The notes under the pieces: model-generated
The model's input: the letters and a program-made list of their open reading frames with translations, nothing else
Databases searched by the model: none
Told to the model about the DNA's origin: nothing
Assembly: GCA_033763455.1 (NCBI GenBank)
Contig: JANRKO010000019.1
Span: forward strand, 160,001-224,000
Reading direction: 5' to 3'
Source of the DNA: Polyangiaceae bacterium
Lineage (GTDB): Bacteria; Myxococcota_A; Polyangia; Polyangiales; Polyangiaceae
Length of the DNA: 64,000 nucleotides
Shown: piece by piece, positions 19,051 through 28,292 of the stretch
Numbering within the stretch: position 1 is the stretch's first letter
Layout of the letters: every line of letters starts with the position of its first letter
Translations under genes and position numbers: made by a program

Positions 19051-21609
19051 TTGCTCCCAACCCAGTTTCAGTCCCAATCCCAGTCAGAACCGCCTCCGTC
19101 CACGGGCGGTGGCGAGTCCTACGACGAGATCTGGAGCGGCCCTGGCCACGCGAGGGCCCACCAGGCGCTCTTGCAGGAGCACCTACTAGTTCAGCCCCTG
19201 GACGATCTGCTGAAGGTTCGCCAGGCGGTTGAGCGTCAGATGGCCGAGCAAGCTGTTACGTTCAACATCTTGGGCGTTCCCGGAGGCGAAAACCGCTCTT
19301 GGGAGCTCGACCCAATCCCATGGGTGATTGAAAGTCGCGAATGGGCAGAGCTGTCGCGGAAGCTCGTACAACGAGCCCAGCTCCTGGAAGCGTTCTTGGC
19401 GGACTGTTACGGCCCGCAACGCATGCTGCGCGAAGGTGTCATTCCGGCCCGCGTGGTCCTCGCCAATCCAGACTTTCTGCGAGCGTGTCACGGCTGGCGC
19501 CCACTCGGAGAGAAGCGTCTATGGCTCTACGCTGCAGATCTCGCACGCGACAAAGCTGGTGATTTTCACGTATTTTCCGATCGCGCCGCAGCACCTACAG
19601 GGGCGGGCTACGCGCTCGAAAATCGCCTGGTTTTGGGGCGGGTTTTAGGGGATTTGTTCCGTGAATACCGGGTCACGAAAGTTCGGGGTTTCTTCGAAAA
19701 GCTGAAGGCGTGCGTAGCCGAGTTGGCTCCACCGGGCCGCCCCGATCCCCGTGCGATCGTGCTCACAACGGGCATGCAAGATGAGAGTTCGTTCGAGCAT
19801 GCCTACTTAGCTCGCTACCTCGGCTTTGATCTTATGGAGGGCCGAGATCTGAGCGTGAGAGACGGCAAAGTCTTCCTAAAGACAGTCGCCGGGCTCACCC
19901 AGATCGACGTGATTTTGCGCCGTGTTCCAGATGCCTTCTGTGATCCTGTCGAGCTTCGCGAAGATTCCATGATCGGCGTTCCCGGCCTCGTGGAAGCCGC
20001 CCACGGAAAACACATTGGGTTGGCCAATCCGCTTGGGGCAAGCCTCATCGAATCACCTGCAATGAAAGCATTTCTCGGGCCCCTGTGCCAAGCCCTTCTG
20101 GGAGAGGATTTGCTGTTACCTTCGGTGGAGACTCACTATCTCGGGACGCCCGGATCGCTAGAATACGTACAATCCAAGCCTGAAGAATTCCTGATAAAAC
20201 CAGCCTTTGCAGAGCGTCGCGGGGCGATTCGGCCTTTGGGCGAGTTGAGTATCTCCGAGCGAACAACGCTTTTAGATTCTGTGAAGGCGCGCCCTCACGA
20301 CTTCGTAGCGGAACGCTGGCCCGCCTGCTCTCGCAGCCCCCTTCTCACTCGACACGGCCTCGGAGCAGGAAGGCTTACCCTGCGCTCATTTCTGTGCCGC
20401 GACAAAGAATCTTTCGCCGTGATGCCGGGGGGCTTCGCACGGCTTGATTCAACACCAGACGGCATCTTCCTCACCAACCGCCTTACGCGAACCTGCAAAG
20501 ACGTTTGGATCCCTGAGGTGGGTACGACCTACGACATGAAGTTGCCGCAGATGCCCGATCAACGCATGTCGCTCCGACGTGGTGCCCAAGATCTACCAAG
20601 CCGCTTGGTGGACGATATTTTTTGGTTGGGGCGTTACATCGAACGCACCGATGCTTCAGCTCGTTTGATCCGCGCCGGTTTTGACCGCCTAGGAATGGAA
20701 GCCGCTGGTGACGCGCAGCAAGTATTAGAAGCAATTCTTGAAGCGTTGAAGCTCAAGGGGCAGCTACCAGCGACGTTCGATGTGCGCGGTATGTTTTCGA
20801 AGCCCGATAATCGAGCCCTGGCGCAGGTGCTAAACGGCGCATTATTCGATCAAACCTCCGGCAGCAGCGTGTACGCCACGCTCGATCGTATCCACAAACT
20901 CATGATCGGCGTAAGAAGCCGCCTTTCCCGTGACGCGTGGCATACGTTGAGGCGTCTTACGAGTGCCCTGGATGCAACCCCACTGCACCATTCGTCGCTC
21001 GGCACGGCCGAGATCTTGGAACTTCTGGACGAGCTTCTGGTACTGCTTTCTGCTGCCACCGGAGCCACGCTCGATAACATGGTGCGAGGCCACGCCTGGC
21101 TGTTTCTCGATCTCGGGCGCCGCCTTGAACGAGCGTCGGCTACCCTGGAACTGTTGGAAGCGATGCTGCCATCAGGGGCCACGCGCGCGCACATGGAATG
21201 CTTATTGGAAGTTACAGATAGCTTGCTCACGTATCGCGCCCGCTACGTTTCTAGCCTGCAAGTGGCCCCCATCGTTGACCTCCTACTTACAGACAATACC
21301 AATCCGCGCTCTGTGCTCTTTCAAGTCGAAACCATCGATCAGCACGTAGAAGCACTACCTAACCAAAGCGGCGCTCTGGTAACACGAGCCGAAAAGCGCG
21401 TGCTCACCCTCCGAACCCGCCTCGTCGCAGCAGATATCGAGGAAGCCACCGGGGGTCAAGGCGAAGGCCTGCGCCAACTTGTGAAAGACGCCGCCGAGCT
21501 TGTTTGGCAGCTCTCTGATGATATCGCCGCGACGTGGTTTTCACACGCAGCCCCCTCACGCTCGCTCACCATTCCCGCTTGGGTTAACGAACAACTCGAA
21601 CGCCAGTGA
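19051..21609 (+). CDS. Circularly permuted ATP-grasp / alpha-E fusion
   Basis: WELDPIP, APTGAGYALENR, FEHAYLARYLG, then LPSRLVDDIFWLGRYIER and LGRRLER. Confidence 0.9.
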   Translation: MLPTQFQSQSQSEPPPSTGGGESYDEIWSGPGHARAHQALLQEHLLVQPLDDLLKVRQAVERQMAEQAVTFNILGVPGGENRSWELDPIPWVIESREWAELSRKLVQRAQLLEAFLADCYGPQRMLREGVIPARVVLANPDFLRACHGWRPLGEKRLWLYAADLARDKAGDFHVFSDRAAAPTGAGYALENRLVLGRVLGDLFREYRVTKVRGFFEKLKACVAELAPPGRPDPRAIVLTTGMQDESSFEHAYLARYLGFDLMEGRDLSVRDGKVFLKTVAGLTQIDVILRRVPDAFCDPVELREDSMIGVPGLVEAAHGKHIGLANPLGASLIESPAMKAFLGPLCQALLGEDLLLPSVETHYLGTPGSLEYVQSKPEEFLIKPAFAERRGAIRPLGELSISERTTLLDSVKARPHDFVAERWPACSRSPLLTRHGLGAGRLTLRSFLCRDKESFAVMPGGFARLDSTPDGIFLTNRLTRTCKDVWIPEVGTTYDMKLPQMPDQRMSLRRGAQDLPSRLVDDIFWLGRYIERTDASARLIRAGFDRLGMEAAGDAQQVLEAILEALKLKGQLPATFDVRGMFSKPDNRALAQVLNGALFDQTSGSSVYATLDRIHKLMIGVRSRLSRDAWHTLRRLTSALDATPLHHSSLGTAEILELLDELLVLLSAATGATLDNMVRGHAWLFLDLGRRLERASATLELLEAMLPSGATRAHMECLLEVTDSLLTYRARYVSSLQVAPIVDLLLTDNTNPRSVLFQVETIDQHVEALPNQSGALVTRAEKRVLTLRTRLVAADIEEATGGQGEGLRQLVKDAAELVWQLSDDIAATWFSHAAPSRSLTIPAWVNEQLERQ

Positions 21610-22475
21610 CGCTCTACCGCCTCCGCCACCTCACGCGCTACCAATACGAATCGCCGGTTGTGCACGCACACCACGTGGCGAGGATGCGCCCCATGCCGTC
21701 GCCATTTCAGCGGGTTTTGTCCAGCGAAATCACGACCAGCCCGGAAGCAACCTTTACGGCGAGCGTGCGAGATTATTACGGCAATCTACAAGATTTTTTC
21801 GAAATTCTGAAAGATCACGATGTGCTCGAGGTAACGGCCGTGAGTGAAGTAGAGCCGCTCCTCCGTCGGCCCGGGGGCGCCCTGGAAGGCTATGCGTTAA
21901 CCTGGGAAGATGCTCGCCTCGTAGCCAGTGCGCCCTACACGGAGGTCGAGGATTTCGGGTACGATTCCCCTCTAGTGCGGGTCCACCCAGATCTTCGGGC
22001 GTATGCGGCTCCGAGCTTTCCACCTGGGCGCCGCATCGTCGAAGCCGTGAGCGACCTTAATCAGCGCATTTTTGATGAATTTGCATACGACCCTGCGGCC
22101 ACAGATGTGACCACTCCGCTCGGAGAGGTTCTCCGTGAAAAGCGCGGCGTTTGCCAGGATTTTGCGCACCTTGCCATCGGCTGTTTGCGAAGCCTGGGCC
22201 TGCCTGCGCGCTACGTGTCCGGTTACCTTGAGACGGCGCCGCCTCCCGGCGAAGAACGCTTGGTGGGCGCTGATGCTTCACACGCCTGGGCTGAAGTGCA
22301 CCTGCCAGGGCTAGGGTGGCTTGAGTTTGACCCCACGAACGCTGTTCTGCCTTCAACGAAGCATATTCGCGTGGCTCACGGTCGCGACTTCAGTGACGTG
22401 AGTCCGCTTAAGGGTGTTGTCTTGGGCGGCGGGCGCCACACGCTCACTGTCGAAGTGGATATGGCGCCGATCTGA
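21606..22475 (+). CDS. Transglutaminase-like protein
   Basis: GVCQDFAH, ARYVSGYLET, GADASHAW, FDPTN, GRDFSDVSP. Confidence 0.93.
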   Translation: MTLYRLRHLTRYQYESPVVHAHHVARMRPMPSPFQRVLSSEITTSPEATFTASVRDYYGNLQDFFEILKDHDVLEVTAVSEVEPLLRRPGGALEGYALTWEDARLVASAPYTEVEDFGYDSPLVRVHPDLRAYAAPSFPPGRRIVEAVSDLNQRIFDEFAYDPAATDVTTPLGEVLREKRGVCQDFAHLAIGCLRSLGLPARYVSGYLETAPPPGEERLVGADASHAWAEVHLPGLGWLEFDPTNAVLPSTKHIRVAHGRDFSDVSPLKGVVLGGGRHTLTVEVDMAPI

Positions 22476-22592
22476 GTTGCTCTAAAGTGGTGCAACCCAC
22501 ACACACTCACCCACAGGTGCAACGAGCCGTGCTCCTTGCTGAAATGGCCAACTCAAGGTATACAGGCTGCTTCTACCCTCCGGTGTTTTCGC

Positions 22593-23669
22593 ATGCTTCT
22601 TAACAGAAATAGTGTGTTCTTGGTTGCTATTGGCGTAGCTTCGGCTTGTTCGCCGAATACCGGGAGCGCCCCTCCACGGGGGGGCGGTTTGCCAGAAGCA
22701 GGCGCTGGCCCCGCTTCTGGAGGCGCTCGTGCGACGGGTGGGAGCATCTCGACATTAGGGGGCTCTCCCAGCGTGGGCTCGGGTGGTGCTTCGCCGCTGG
22801 GAACTGGCGGCACATCGTCCGCCGGTGGCAGTGGTGGGTTAACGGCATCTGGCGGCACTGGCGGAACGAATTCGGGAGGTACTGCGACCGGCGGAACAAC
22901 GAGCGGAACCGGCGGAGGAGCGACTGGGGGAACCAATACCGCTTCGGGCGGCTCCCCTAGTGTCTCGTGTCCGGCGCAAGGTACGGGCGGGCTCGCGAGT
23001 CTTTCTACGGGGCTTATCGGCTATTGGAAGTTCGATGAGGCAGACACCAGCGGGGCAACTACCGCGGATGCCAGTGGCATGAATTTTTCGGGTACCTACA
23101 GTGCTACCAAGCCTGCGCTCACTACGGCTGTGCCCCCTCTGTTGACCGGGAAAAGCATGAAGGCCATAGTATTTAATGGCACAAATGAGGTGAAGTTACC
23201 GGCAGGTTCGTTCGGTAACTGGAGCGCGGCCACAAGCTACTCGATTTCTGCCTGGGTCCAAGTGACGGCGTTGGATGGTGACTGGATGGGGATCATTGCA
23301 AACGAAGCAGCCGGCGCCACGACGTATTGTGGACTCTATATTGGCGGCGCCCAGAACAGCACTCAAAACGCCTTCCGATACCAAGGAAATGAAACAGGGT
23401 TCGGGGATCTGGTCCCAACGCCGGGCGTTTGGTACCACCTTGCGCTGGTTCAAGATGTGTCCGGGAACGCGCAAAGGCTGTACGTGAATGGTCAGCCCGC
23501 GGGCACTGGCGAACTGAAAGACTGCGCCACCACGGGCGTGTTTCACTTTGGTTCGGTCGATGGTGCCGATACGCCCACTTTCTTCAACGGAAGCCTAGAT
23601 GACGTACGTTTCTATAACCGCGCACTCATGCCAACCGAAGTTACCGCTCTAGCCTGCGGAGCTCAGTAG
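22593..23669 (+). CDS. Lipoprotein with Gly/Ser/Thr linker and LamG-like domain
   Basis: VASAC lipobox-like, GG-rich linker, GLIGYWKFDE, WYHLALV, LYVNG, FNGSLDDVRFYNRAL. Confidence 0.85.
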   Translation: MLLNRNSVFLVAIGVASACSPNTGSAPPRGGGLPEAGAGPASGGARATGGSISTLGGSPSVGSGGASPLGTGGTSSAGGSGGLTASGGTGGTNSGGTATGGTTSGTGGGATGGTNTASGGSPSVSCPAQGTGGLASLSTGLIGYWKFDEADTSGATTADASGMNFSGTYSATKPALTTAVPPLLTGKSMKAIVFNGTNEVKLPAGSFGNWSAATSYSISAWVQVTALDGDWMGIIANEAAGATTYCGLYIGGAQNSTQNAFRYQGNETGFGDLVPTPGVWYHLALVQDVSGNAQRLYVNGQPAGTGELKDCATTGVFHFGSVDGADTPTFFNGSLDDVRFYNRALMPTEVTALACGAQ

Positions 23670-23774
23670 CCGGCCCTGGGGAACGCGGGGGATGTCGCTG
23701 GCGGCGAACTTGTTGGTGCGAAAGCGTGTTAATGTTATGTTGGTGTGTGGGGAAACGCACACCTTCCGCGCACA

Positions 23775-23887
23775 CAACAGATGCTTGTCATGCTAAGGAC
23801 ATTTTAGCGAGCGAAAAGGGCACTCCGCCGTGTTGTGCACTCGCCTTTCGTGCGAGCAACAGATGCTTGTCATGCTAAGGACATTTT
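23775..23887. repeat. Two direct repeats (31-bp identical core, 82-bp period)
   Basis: caacagatgcttgtcatgctaaggacatttt at 23775 and 23857, each followed by a similar gcgagc(g)aaaaggg. Confidence 0.85.
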
Positions 23888-23952
23888 TGGCGAGCAAAAG
23901 GGCTCCTGCCACGCTGTTTTGAGGGCCACACTTCCCTCACCCGCATTTGCCC

Positions 23953-24312
23953 TCACCCGCATTTGCCCTCGCCACACTTCCCCTCACCGCACTTGCCTTC
24001 TTTGCTTGGTTCGCCCTTTTTCTGGTCTTTGGCATCTGCAGTGCTTTTAGCTGCGGGTACTTCTTTTGCTGACGCACTCGCAGCCGGCATTGCGCCAGCA
24101 CTAGGTTGAGGTGCCGGTGCTGACGCTTGAGTGTTAGCTTGTTTCGGCTCCGCGGGCTTTTGAGCTTCGGCGAGGGGTGCTGTGGCACTAGTACTTGGCT
24201 CAGGTTCCGGCTTTGGACGGGACTCTGCATCGCACGCTGTGGCGCCTACCAAGGCTAACGCGGCAAAAATGCTGTCTGCCGAAAGGGGACCTTTGCGTGG
24301 GGGAGAATACAT
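23953..24312 (-). CDS. Low-complexity lipoprotein with C-terminal EGKCG repeats (HvfA-like precursor)
   Basis: Signal peptide ending GATAC, Ala/Pro/Lys linker, KEGKCGEGKCGEGKCG*. Confidence 0.75.
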   Translation of the reverse strand: MYSPPRKGPLSADSIFAALALVGATACDAESRPKPEPEPSTSATAPLAEAQKPAEPKQANTQASAPAPQPSAGAMPAASASAKEVPAAKSTADAKDQKKGEPSKEGKCGEGKCGEGKCG

Positions 24313-24343
24313 GGCGGCTCCTTTGTGTAATGGCCGAATGTGA

Positions 24344-24385
24344 GCCCCGTTGGGCCCGAAGTGGGCCCCGTTGGGCCCGAAGTGG
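24344..24385. repeat. Perfect 21-bp tandem duplication
   Basis: gccccgttgggcccgaagtgg twice. Confidence 0.9.
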
Positions 24386-24481
24386 AGCTTGAGCGAAACT
24401 GTGGCGGGAACGCGTCCGGATTTGCTGTCTTCTCGACCAGCCGTCAAGCGCAGTGGCCATTTTCACCCCCGTCGGCTGTTC

Positions 24482-24512
24482 TTGACAAACCCGATGTGGG
24501 AATGCATATCGG
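24482..24512 (+). promoter_or_regulatory. Promoter -35 box plus imperfect palindrome (putative Rrf2 operator)
   Basis: TTGACA at 24482, then CCGATGTG-N6-CATATCGG just before the Rrf2 GTG. Confidence 0.5.
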
Positions 24513-24516
24513 AAGG

Positions 24517-24987
24517 GTGAAACTCTCGAATAAGGGCCGCTATGCTGTGCGGGCGCTGTTCGATATCGCGTTTTTCAACGGTGGGCAGCCCACTCAGGTG
24601 AAGGACATCGCGGAGCGGCAGCAAATTCCGCCGCGTTTCCTGGAGCAGATCTTTCAAGATCTCAAGCGCGCGGGCCTCGTAGGTTCGAAGCGGGGGCCTC
24701 AAGGGGGCTACAACTTGGCGCTAGGCGCCGGAGAGGTGCGCCTCGGGGACGTGGTGCGTGCGCTTGAGGGCCCTATCTCGCTCGGAGACCGTGAGTCCGA
24801 AGGAGGGGCCAACGCTGCCAAGGAGCCCGCGGGCAATTCCCGGCGGATCACCGAACAGATATTTGTGGATCTTTCGGCGCGCGTCGAAGCCTGTTTTGAC
24901 GCAATCACTATTCAACACATCTGTGATCTTGCGGAAGCTGAAGGGCTTAGGCGCCCAGGAGCGCAACGTTATGTCTACGTCATCTGA
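24517..24987 (+). CDS. Rrf2 family transcriptional regulator (CymR/IscR-like)
   Basis: KLSNKGRYAVRALFDIA, IAERQQIPPRFLEQIF, SKRGPQGGY. Confidence 0.93.
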   Translation: MKLSNKGRYAVRALFDIAFFNGGQPTQVKDIAERQQIPPRFLEQIFQDLKRAGLVGSKRGPQGGYNLALGAGEVRLGDVVRALEGPISLGDRESEGGANAAKEPAGNSRRITEQIFVDLSARVEACFDAITIQHICDLAEAEGLRRPGAQRYVYVI

Positions 24988-25954
24988 GCGGAACGAGCCC
25001 GGCCGTCCTTCGCTTCCGTCGCACCGGTTGGTGTACCCGAGCGTTTTAGATTTGATCACAGATACGCCGCTTGTGGAGGTGCGCAAGTTGGCAACGGATG
25101 CACCGCGTGCACGCGTCTACGCCAAAATCGAGTCAGCAAATCCCGGTGGGTCGGTGAAGGATCGCATCTGCTTGGCCATGATTGAGCAGGCAGAGCGTGA
25201 AGGCTTGTTGGGCCCAGGTGGCGTCGTTATCGAGCCAACGAGCGGCAACACGGGAATTGGGCTGGCGCTAGTGTGTGCAAGCCGAGGTTATCGCTGCGTT
25301 TTGACCATGCCGGAGAGCATGAGTCTTGAGCGCCGGCAGCTGCTGCAATCCTTTGGTGCGGAGGTTGTTCTGACGCCCGAATCGGAGCAGATGGAGGGAG
25401 CTATCGCGAAGGCGCGAGAGCTGGCCCTGGAAATCAAAGGTGCTTTCATGCCGCACCAGTTCGACAACCCGGCGAACCCAGCCGTGCATGAGCGCACCAC
25501 CGGCCCCGAGATCTTAGCCGCAATGCAGGGAGATCCGATCCATGCTTTTGTCGCTGCGGTGGGTACGGGCGGTACAGTGAGTGGTGTGGGTCGCGTGTTG
25601 CGCAAGGCGTACCCCAGTTGTCGGGTGATCGCCGTCGAGCCGGAATCTTGCGCCACCATTTCCAAGGGCGAACGTGGGCCGTCTAAGATCCAGGGGATCG
25701 GCGCCGGTTTTGTCCCCGGCAACTACGATGCAAGCATCGTGACTGAGGTGCGCACGGTGGGTGATCGCGTGGCGTACGATACAAAAGTGTCGCTAGCAAA
25801 ACGCGAAGGTTTACTCGTGGGGATCAGCGCCGGAGCGAATGTGGCTGTTGCTTTGCAAGTTGCCCGTGAGCTTGGCCCAAGCAAAAATGTGCTTACCGTG
25901 CTGTGTGACACGGGCGAAAGATATTTCAGTTTAGACGAGTACTTCCGTGACTGA
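24971..25954 (+). CDS. cysK: Cysteine synthase A
   Basis: NPGGSVKDR, EPTSGNTG, QFDNPANP, GTGGT, KIQGIGAGF, DTGERY. Confidence 0.92.
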   Translation: MSTSSERNEPGRPSLPSHRLVYPSVLDLITDTPLVEVRKLATDAPRARVYAKIESANPGGSVKDRICLAMIEQAEREGLLGPGGVVIEPTSGNTGIGLALVCASRGYRCVLTMPESMSLERRQLLQSFGAEVVLTPESEQMEGAIAKARELALEIKGAFMPHQFDNPANPAVHERTTGPEILAAMQGDPIHAFVAAVGTGGTVSGVGRVLRKAYPSCRVIAVEPESCATISKGERGPSKIQGIGAGFVPGNYDASIVTEVRTVGDRVAYDTKVSLAKREGLLVGISAGANVAVALQVARELGPSKNVLTVLCDTGERYFSLDEYFRD

Positions 25955-26699
25955 TCCCGAGCGCCCTTTTGCCACGCATTCCGTGCTCGTGGTGGGTGTC
26001 GGTGGCCTTGGGTGTCCTGCCGCGTTGGCGCTTGTGCGGGCTGGCGTGGGGCGCGTGGTTCTGGCGGATGACGACGAGGTCGACATTACGAATCTGCACC
26101 GGCAGATTTTGTTCGAAGAGTCAGACGTCGGGACCCCGAAGCTGGACGCGGCACACAGGGCTCTTCAGAGGCACCTGGAAGGCTTTCAGAGGGTCGAGCT
26201 CGTGCGCTCACGGCTCTTGCCAGAAAATGCGCTCGCGTTGCTCAGCGGGGTCGACGTGGTTGTCGAGGGCGCCGACAACTTCGCCACGAAATTTCTCGCG
26301 GCAGATGCCGCGCACTTGGCAAGCGTACCGGTGGTGCACGGCGCGGCAATTCGCTTCCAAGGCACCGTACTGGCCGTGCCTCCGGGGGGGCAGCCTTGCT
26401 ATCGCTGCTTGTTTGAAGACGTTCCAGGAGCGGAAGCCGGCCTTAATTGCGCGCAGGCGGGGGTGATGGGGCCTGTGGTGGGGGTGATAGGAGCCCTGAT
26501 GGCGGACAACGCTCTTCGGATATTGGCCCAGGATATGAGCGTTTTTGGCAAAATCGCTACCTTCGACGGAAAACGCGATCGTCTTCGATTTGTCCCGCTG
26601 ACGCCCAATCCCAAGTGCCCGCTGTGTGGGCCCACGCAAAGCATTGGCGATGTCCGCGAGTCGCGGTACATCGACGGCCTCTCTTTTGTAACTGCCTGA
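25947..26699 (+). CDS. ThiF/MoeB (E1-like) adenylyltransferase
   Basis: GVGGLG, NLHRQ, CYRC and CPLC zinc motifs. Confidence 0.92.
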   Translation: MTDPERPFATHSVLVVGVGGLGCPAALALVRAGVGRVVLADDDEVDITNLHRQILFEESDVGTPKLDAAHRALQRHLEGFQRVELVRSRLLPENALALLSGVDVVVEGADNFATKFLAADAAHLASVPVVHGAAIRFQGTVLAVPPGGQPCYRCLFEDVPGAEAGLNCAQAGVMGPVVGVIGALMADNALRILAQDMSVFGKIATFDGKRDRLRFVPLTPNPKCPLCGPTQSIGDVRESRYIDGLSFVTA

Positions 26700-26710
26700 A
26701 AGGAATAGTC

Positions 26711-26980
26711 ATGGATGTGATCGTTCGAATCCCAACCCCTCTTCGTACCCTCACCGGTGGTGAAGAACAGGTCAAAGTTGCCGGCGGTACAGTGCAGCAG
26801 GTTATCGATGCCATGGAAGCACTCCACCCAGGCATCAAAGATCGTTTGCTGGATGAAAAGGGCGTTCGCCGCTTCATCAATATCTACGTGGGCGAAGAAG
26901 ATATTCGGTTTCTGGATGGCCTAGCCACCCCCACAGCTGGCCAAGAGATCAGCATTGTTCCCGCCATCGCTGGCGGCTGA
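26711..26980 (+). CDS. Ubiquitin-like sulfur carrier (CysO/MoaD family)
   Basis: [17 protein letters not shown]-terminal PAIAGG. Confidence 0.92.
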   Translation: MDVIVRIPTPLRTLTGGEEQVKVAGGTVQQVIDAMEALHPGIKDRLLDEKGVRRFINIYVGEEDIRFLDGLATPTAGQEISIVPAIAGG

Positions 26981-27000
26981 TCCCTTGCTGCTCCGGCACT

Positions 27001-27345
27001 TTGAATGCGCTCAACCCTCTGTTTTATCCTCGGTGGTTTGTGAGTTCCGACGCACGCTTTCGTCCGCAGGTGCGCCTGGCCGAAGTGGGCCACTTGGGTA
27101 TGCAGAAGATCCTGGCAGCTCGCTTTAGGGTGCGGGAGCAGCCGGGCGCCTGGGTGGAGCAGGCGTACCTGGAGCGAGCAGGAGGCGCCGTGGAATCAGT
27201 AAGAGGCCAAGGCACCACCACCCCGCCCCAGGAGCCTGAATTTGCGCACCGCACGGCGTTTCACTATGCGGCTGCCGAAGAGATTGCCGGCGGAAGCTGG
27301 CGCGCCCTCCGCCAGTTAAGACAAACCTTGGGGATCTTGCCATGA
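27001..27345 (+). CDS. Small protein resembling a degenerate ThiF/E1 N-terminus
   Basis: RFRPQVRLAEVGHLGMQKI..AR and YLERAG resemble E1 N-terminal segments; stop overlaps the next gene's ATG. Confidence 0.5.
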   Translation: MNALNPLFYPRWFVSSDARFRPQVRLAEVGHLGMQKILAARFRVREQPGAWVEQAYLERAGGAVESVRGQGTTTPPQEPEFAHRTAFHYAAAEEIAGGSWRALRQLRQTLGILP

Positions 27346-28292
27346 GCTACGCTCTCCGCAGAAGCCGCCGGCTATCATCCATTGTTGAAGCCGTGGGCAA
27401 TACGCCACTCGTGCGGCTCGATCGCCTCACACGCCATATCCCGAGCGTAGAAGTTTATCTTAAGCTCGAATTCGCCAATCCCGGCGGCTCAGTGAAGGAT
27501 CGCCCAGCGCTACGCATCATGCTCGACGCGATCGAAAGTGGGCGCCTCACCGAAGATAAGATCCTCATCGACGCCACGAGCGGCAATACAGGCGTCGCGT
27601 ATTCGATTATCGGGGCAGCCCTTGGTTATAGGGTTAGCCTGGTGATGCCAAAAAATGTCACTAAAGCCCGCAAGGATATCACCCAAGCTTTCGGCACCGA
27701 GCTCATTTATTCGGATCCCATGGAGGGCTCCGATGGTGCCATTCGGCTAGTGCACAAGATCGTGGCGGAGAACCCTGACCGCTATTTCTACGCAGATCAG
27801 TACTCCAATCCCTCGAATCCGCGAGCTCATTACCTGGGCACGGCGCAAGAAATCCTGGATGCCTTGGGAGATCGGGTTACACACTTTGTGGCTGGGCTTG
27901 GCACCAGCGGCACGTGCATGGGCACCACACGGCGCCTGAAGGAGCACACTCGCCCCATCTACTGCGTGGCGGTGGAGCCAGCCGAAGCGCTGCACGGCCT
28001 CGAAGGCCTAAAACACATGGCATCGAGCATCGTACCCGCCATTTACGATCCCCATCTGCCAGACGAAATCTTGCCAGTGGGCACCGAAGATGGCTGGGAT
28101 ATGGCCGACCGTCTAGCCGCAGAAGAAGGGATCCACGTGGGGCACTCTACAGGGGCCAACGTATTTGGGGCCGTGAAGTTTGCCGAGAAGCTGCACCGAG
28201 AACAAGGCGGCGGCTGCGTGGTTACCATCGCTTGTGACCGGGGTGATCGCTACTTTGCGCCGATGAAATGGGAAAGGAAGTACCTATGGTGA
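27342..28292 (+). CDS. cysM: Second PLP-dependent cysteine synthase (CysM-like)
   Basis: VGNTPL, NPGGSVKDRPA, DATSGNTG, GLGTSGT, GLEGLKHM, DRGDRY; flanked by sulfur carrier and JAB genes. Confidence 0.8.
   Translation: MSYALRRSRRLSSIVEAVGNTPLVRLDRLTRHIPSVEVYLKLEFANPGGSVKDRPALRIMLDAIESGRLTEDKILIDATSGNTGVAYSIIGAALGYRVSLVMPKNVTKARKDITQAFGTELIYSDPMEGSDGAIRLVHKIVAENPDRYFYADQYSNPSNPRAHYLGTAQEILDALGDRVTHFVAGLGTSGTCMGTTRRLKEHTRPIYCVAVEPAEALHGLEGLKHMASSIVPAIYDPHLPDEILPVGTEDGWDMADRLAAEEGIHVGHSTGANVFGAVKFAEKLHREQGGGCVVTIACDRGDRYFAPMKWERKYLW

Noticed and set aside
23775..23887. CRISPR array
   Set aside because: Only two copies, similarity extends into the would-be spacer, and no cas genes are present
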